From Anaerohalosphaeraceae bacterium (GTDB lineage: Bacteria > Planctomycetota > Phycisphaerae > Sedimentisphaerales > Anaerohalosphaeraceae), in the NCBI GenBank assembly GCA_963675525.2, contig CAXXSL010000008.1, forward strand, positions 32,001 to 96,000: 64,000 nt of DNA, given 5' to 3'. Made by a program: the position numbers and the translations under genes. Below, one piece after another: positions 63,530-64,000 of this stretch; the first letter of the stretch is position 1; every line of letters starts with the position of its first letter. The notes beneath the pieces are model-generated. The model was not told the origin of the DNA, did no database searches, and saw only the letters and a list, made by a program, of their open reading frames with translations.

Positions 63530-64000
63530 AAGCCGGGGGTTGGAGCCGCGGCGGTCCAGTTGCTTACATCATTGGAGTAGCCGCTTTCAGAAACACGATT
63601 TAATGACTGTCCCCTGCCATCGGCGTTAATTGGCCACGGATCATCGCCAGCCGGATGCGCACCATCACTATAATTGACCTGCTCGGCACGGATGTACGGG
63701 ACGAATCCGCCGGGTTCCGGGTTCCCGGGTTTGGACAGTTCGATCTTTTCACCGTCATTTTCAAGTTTTGAATCAACAAAGGGCCCAAAGACTCCCACGC
63801 CGCCAGGAACACCGGGATAGACAACCCGGAAGATGTCCGGGTCTGTTCGAACCACAAGGATACGGCCTCCGGCGGGAATCGAAACGCCCGTCGGGAAGGT
63901 GAAATCGATTCCCTTTGTAAACTTCCAGGTATTCGAAGGATTTGCTGAATCAAAGAGGTCGATTGCAGAGCCGGTTCTGTTCTTCAGTTCTAAATATTCT
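63526..64000 (-). CDS. C-terminal lamin-tail domain of a large exported protein; 5' end outside window
   Basis: Frame open from 63999: EYLELKNRTG...WKFTKGIDFTFP...LENDGEKIEL...PWPINADGRGQSL...NDVSNW; similar to the last domain of 36407-40960. Confidence 0.85.
   Translation of the reverse strand, partial: EYLELKNRTGSAIDLFDSANPSNTWKFTKGIDFTFPTGVSIPAGGRILVVRTDPDIFRVVYPGVPGGVGVFGPFVDSKLENDGEKIELSKPGNPEPGGFVPYIRAEQVNYSDGAHPAGDDPWPINADGRGQSLNRVSESGYSNDVSNWTAAAPTPGF

Overview
Bacterial chromosomal window, most likely a planctomycete of class Phycisphaerae (Sedimentisphaerales-like). This is inferred from the short 5S rRNA, an rRNA unit without 16S, dockerin-like DxNxDxxV(D/N)xxD...WL motifs, a PEP-CTERM protein and an ECF/FecR pair. 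Layout: (1) 1-16.8 kb holds housekeeping and accessory genes: pdaD-speB polyamine operon with a candidate leader peptide, an atypical Ser/Thr kinase plus PP2C, a Zn-less DksA-like protein, GT4/glgP/GH130, typA, a REP-like cluster, a class II photolyase and a GH43. (2) 16.8-20.8 kb is a minus-strand tRNA-Ile, tRNA-Ala, 23S, 5S unit with its own tandem promoters and no 16S. (3) 21-34.5 kb is a type II secretion operon ending in a GH43 gene, next to csrA. (4) 36.4-64 kb is a large beta-glucan utilisation locus without SusC/SusD. It carries three GH30s, a GH161-like phosphorylase, a GH50-like enzyme, a GH16-CBM6-GH5 multimodular enzyme whose GH16 nucleophile is Gln, an MFS importer, LacI with visible operators, ECF sigma/FecR, and one CBM-like domain shared by three adjacent exported proteins. 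Lamin-tail-domain genes lie at both ends. Two genes in this locus are frameshifted. All family calls come from reading motifs by eye; no database searches were run.
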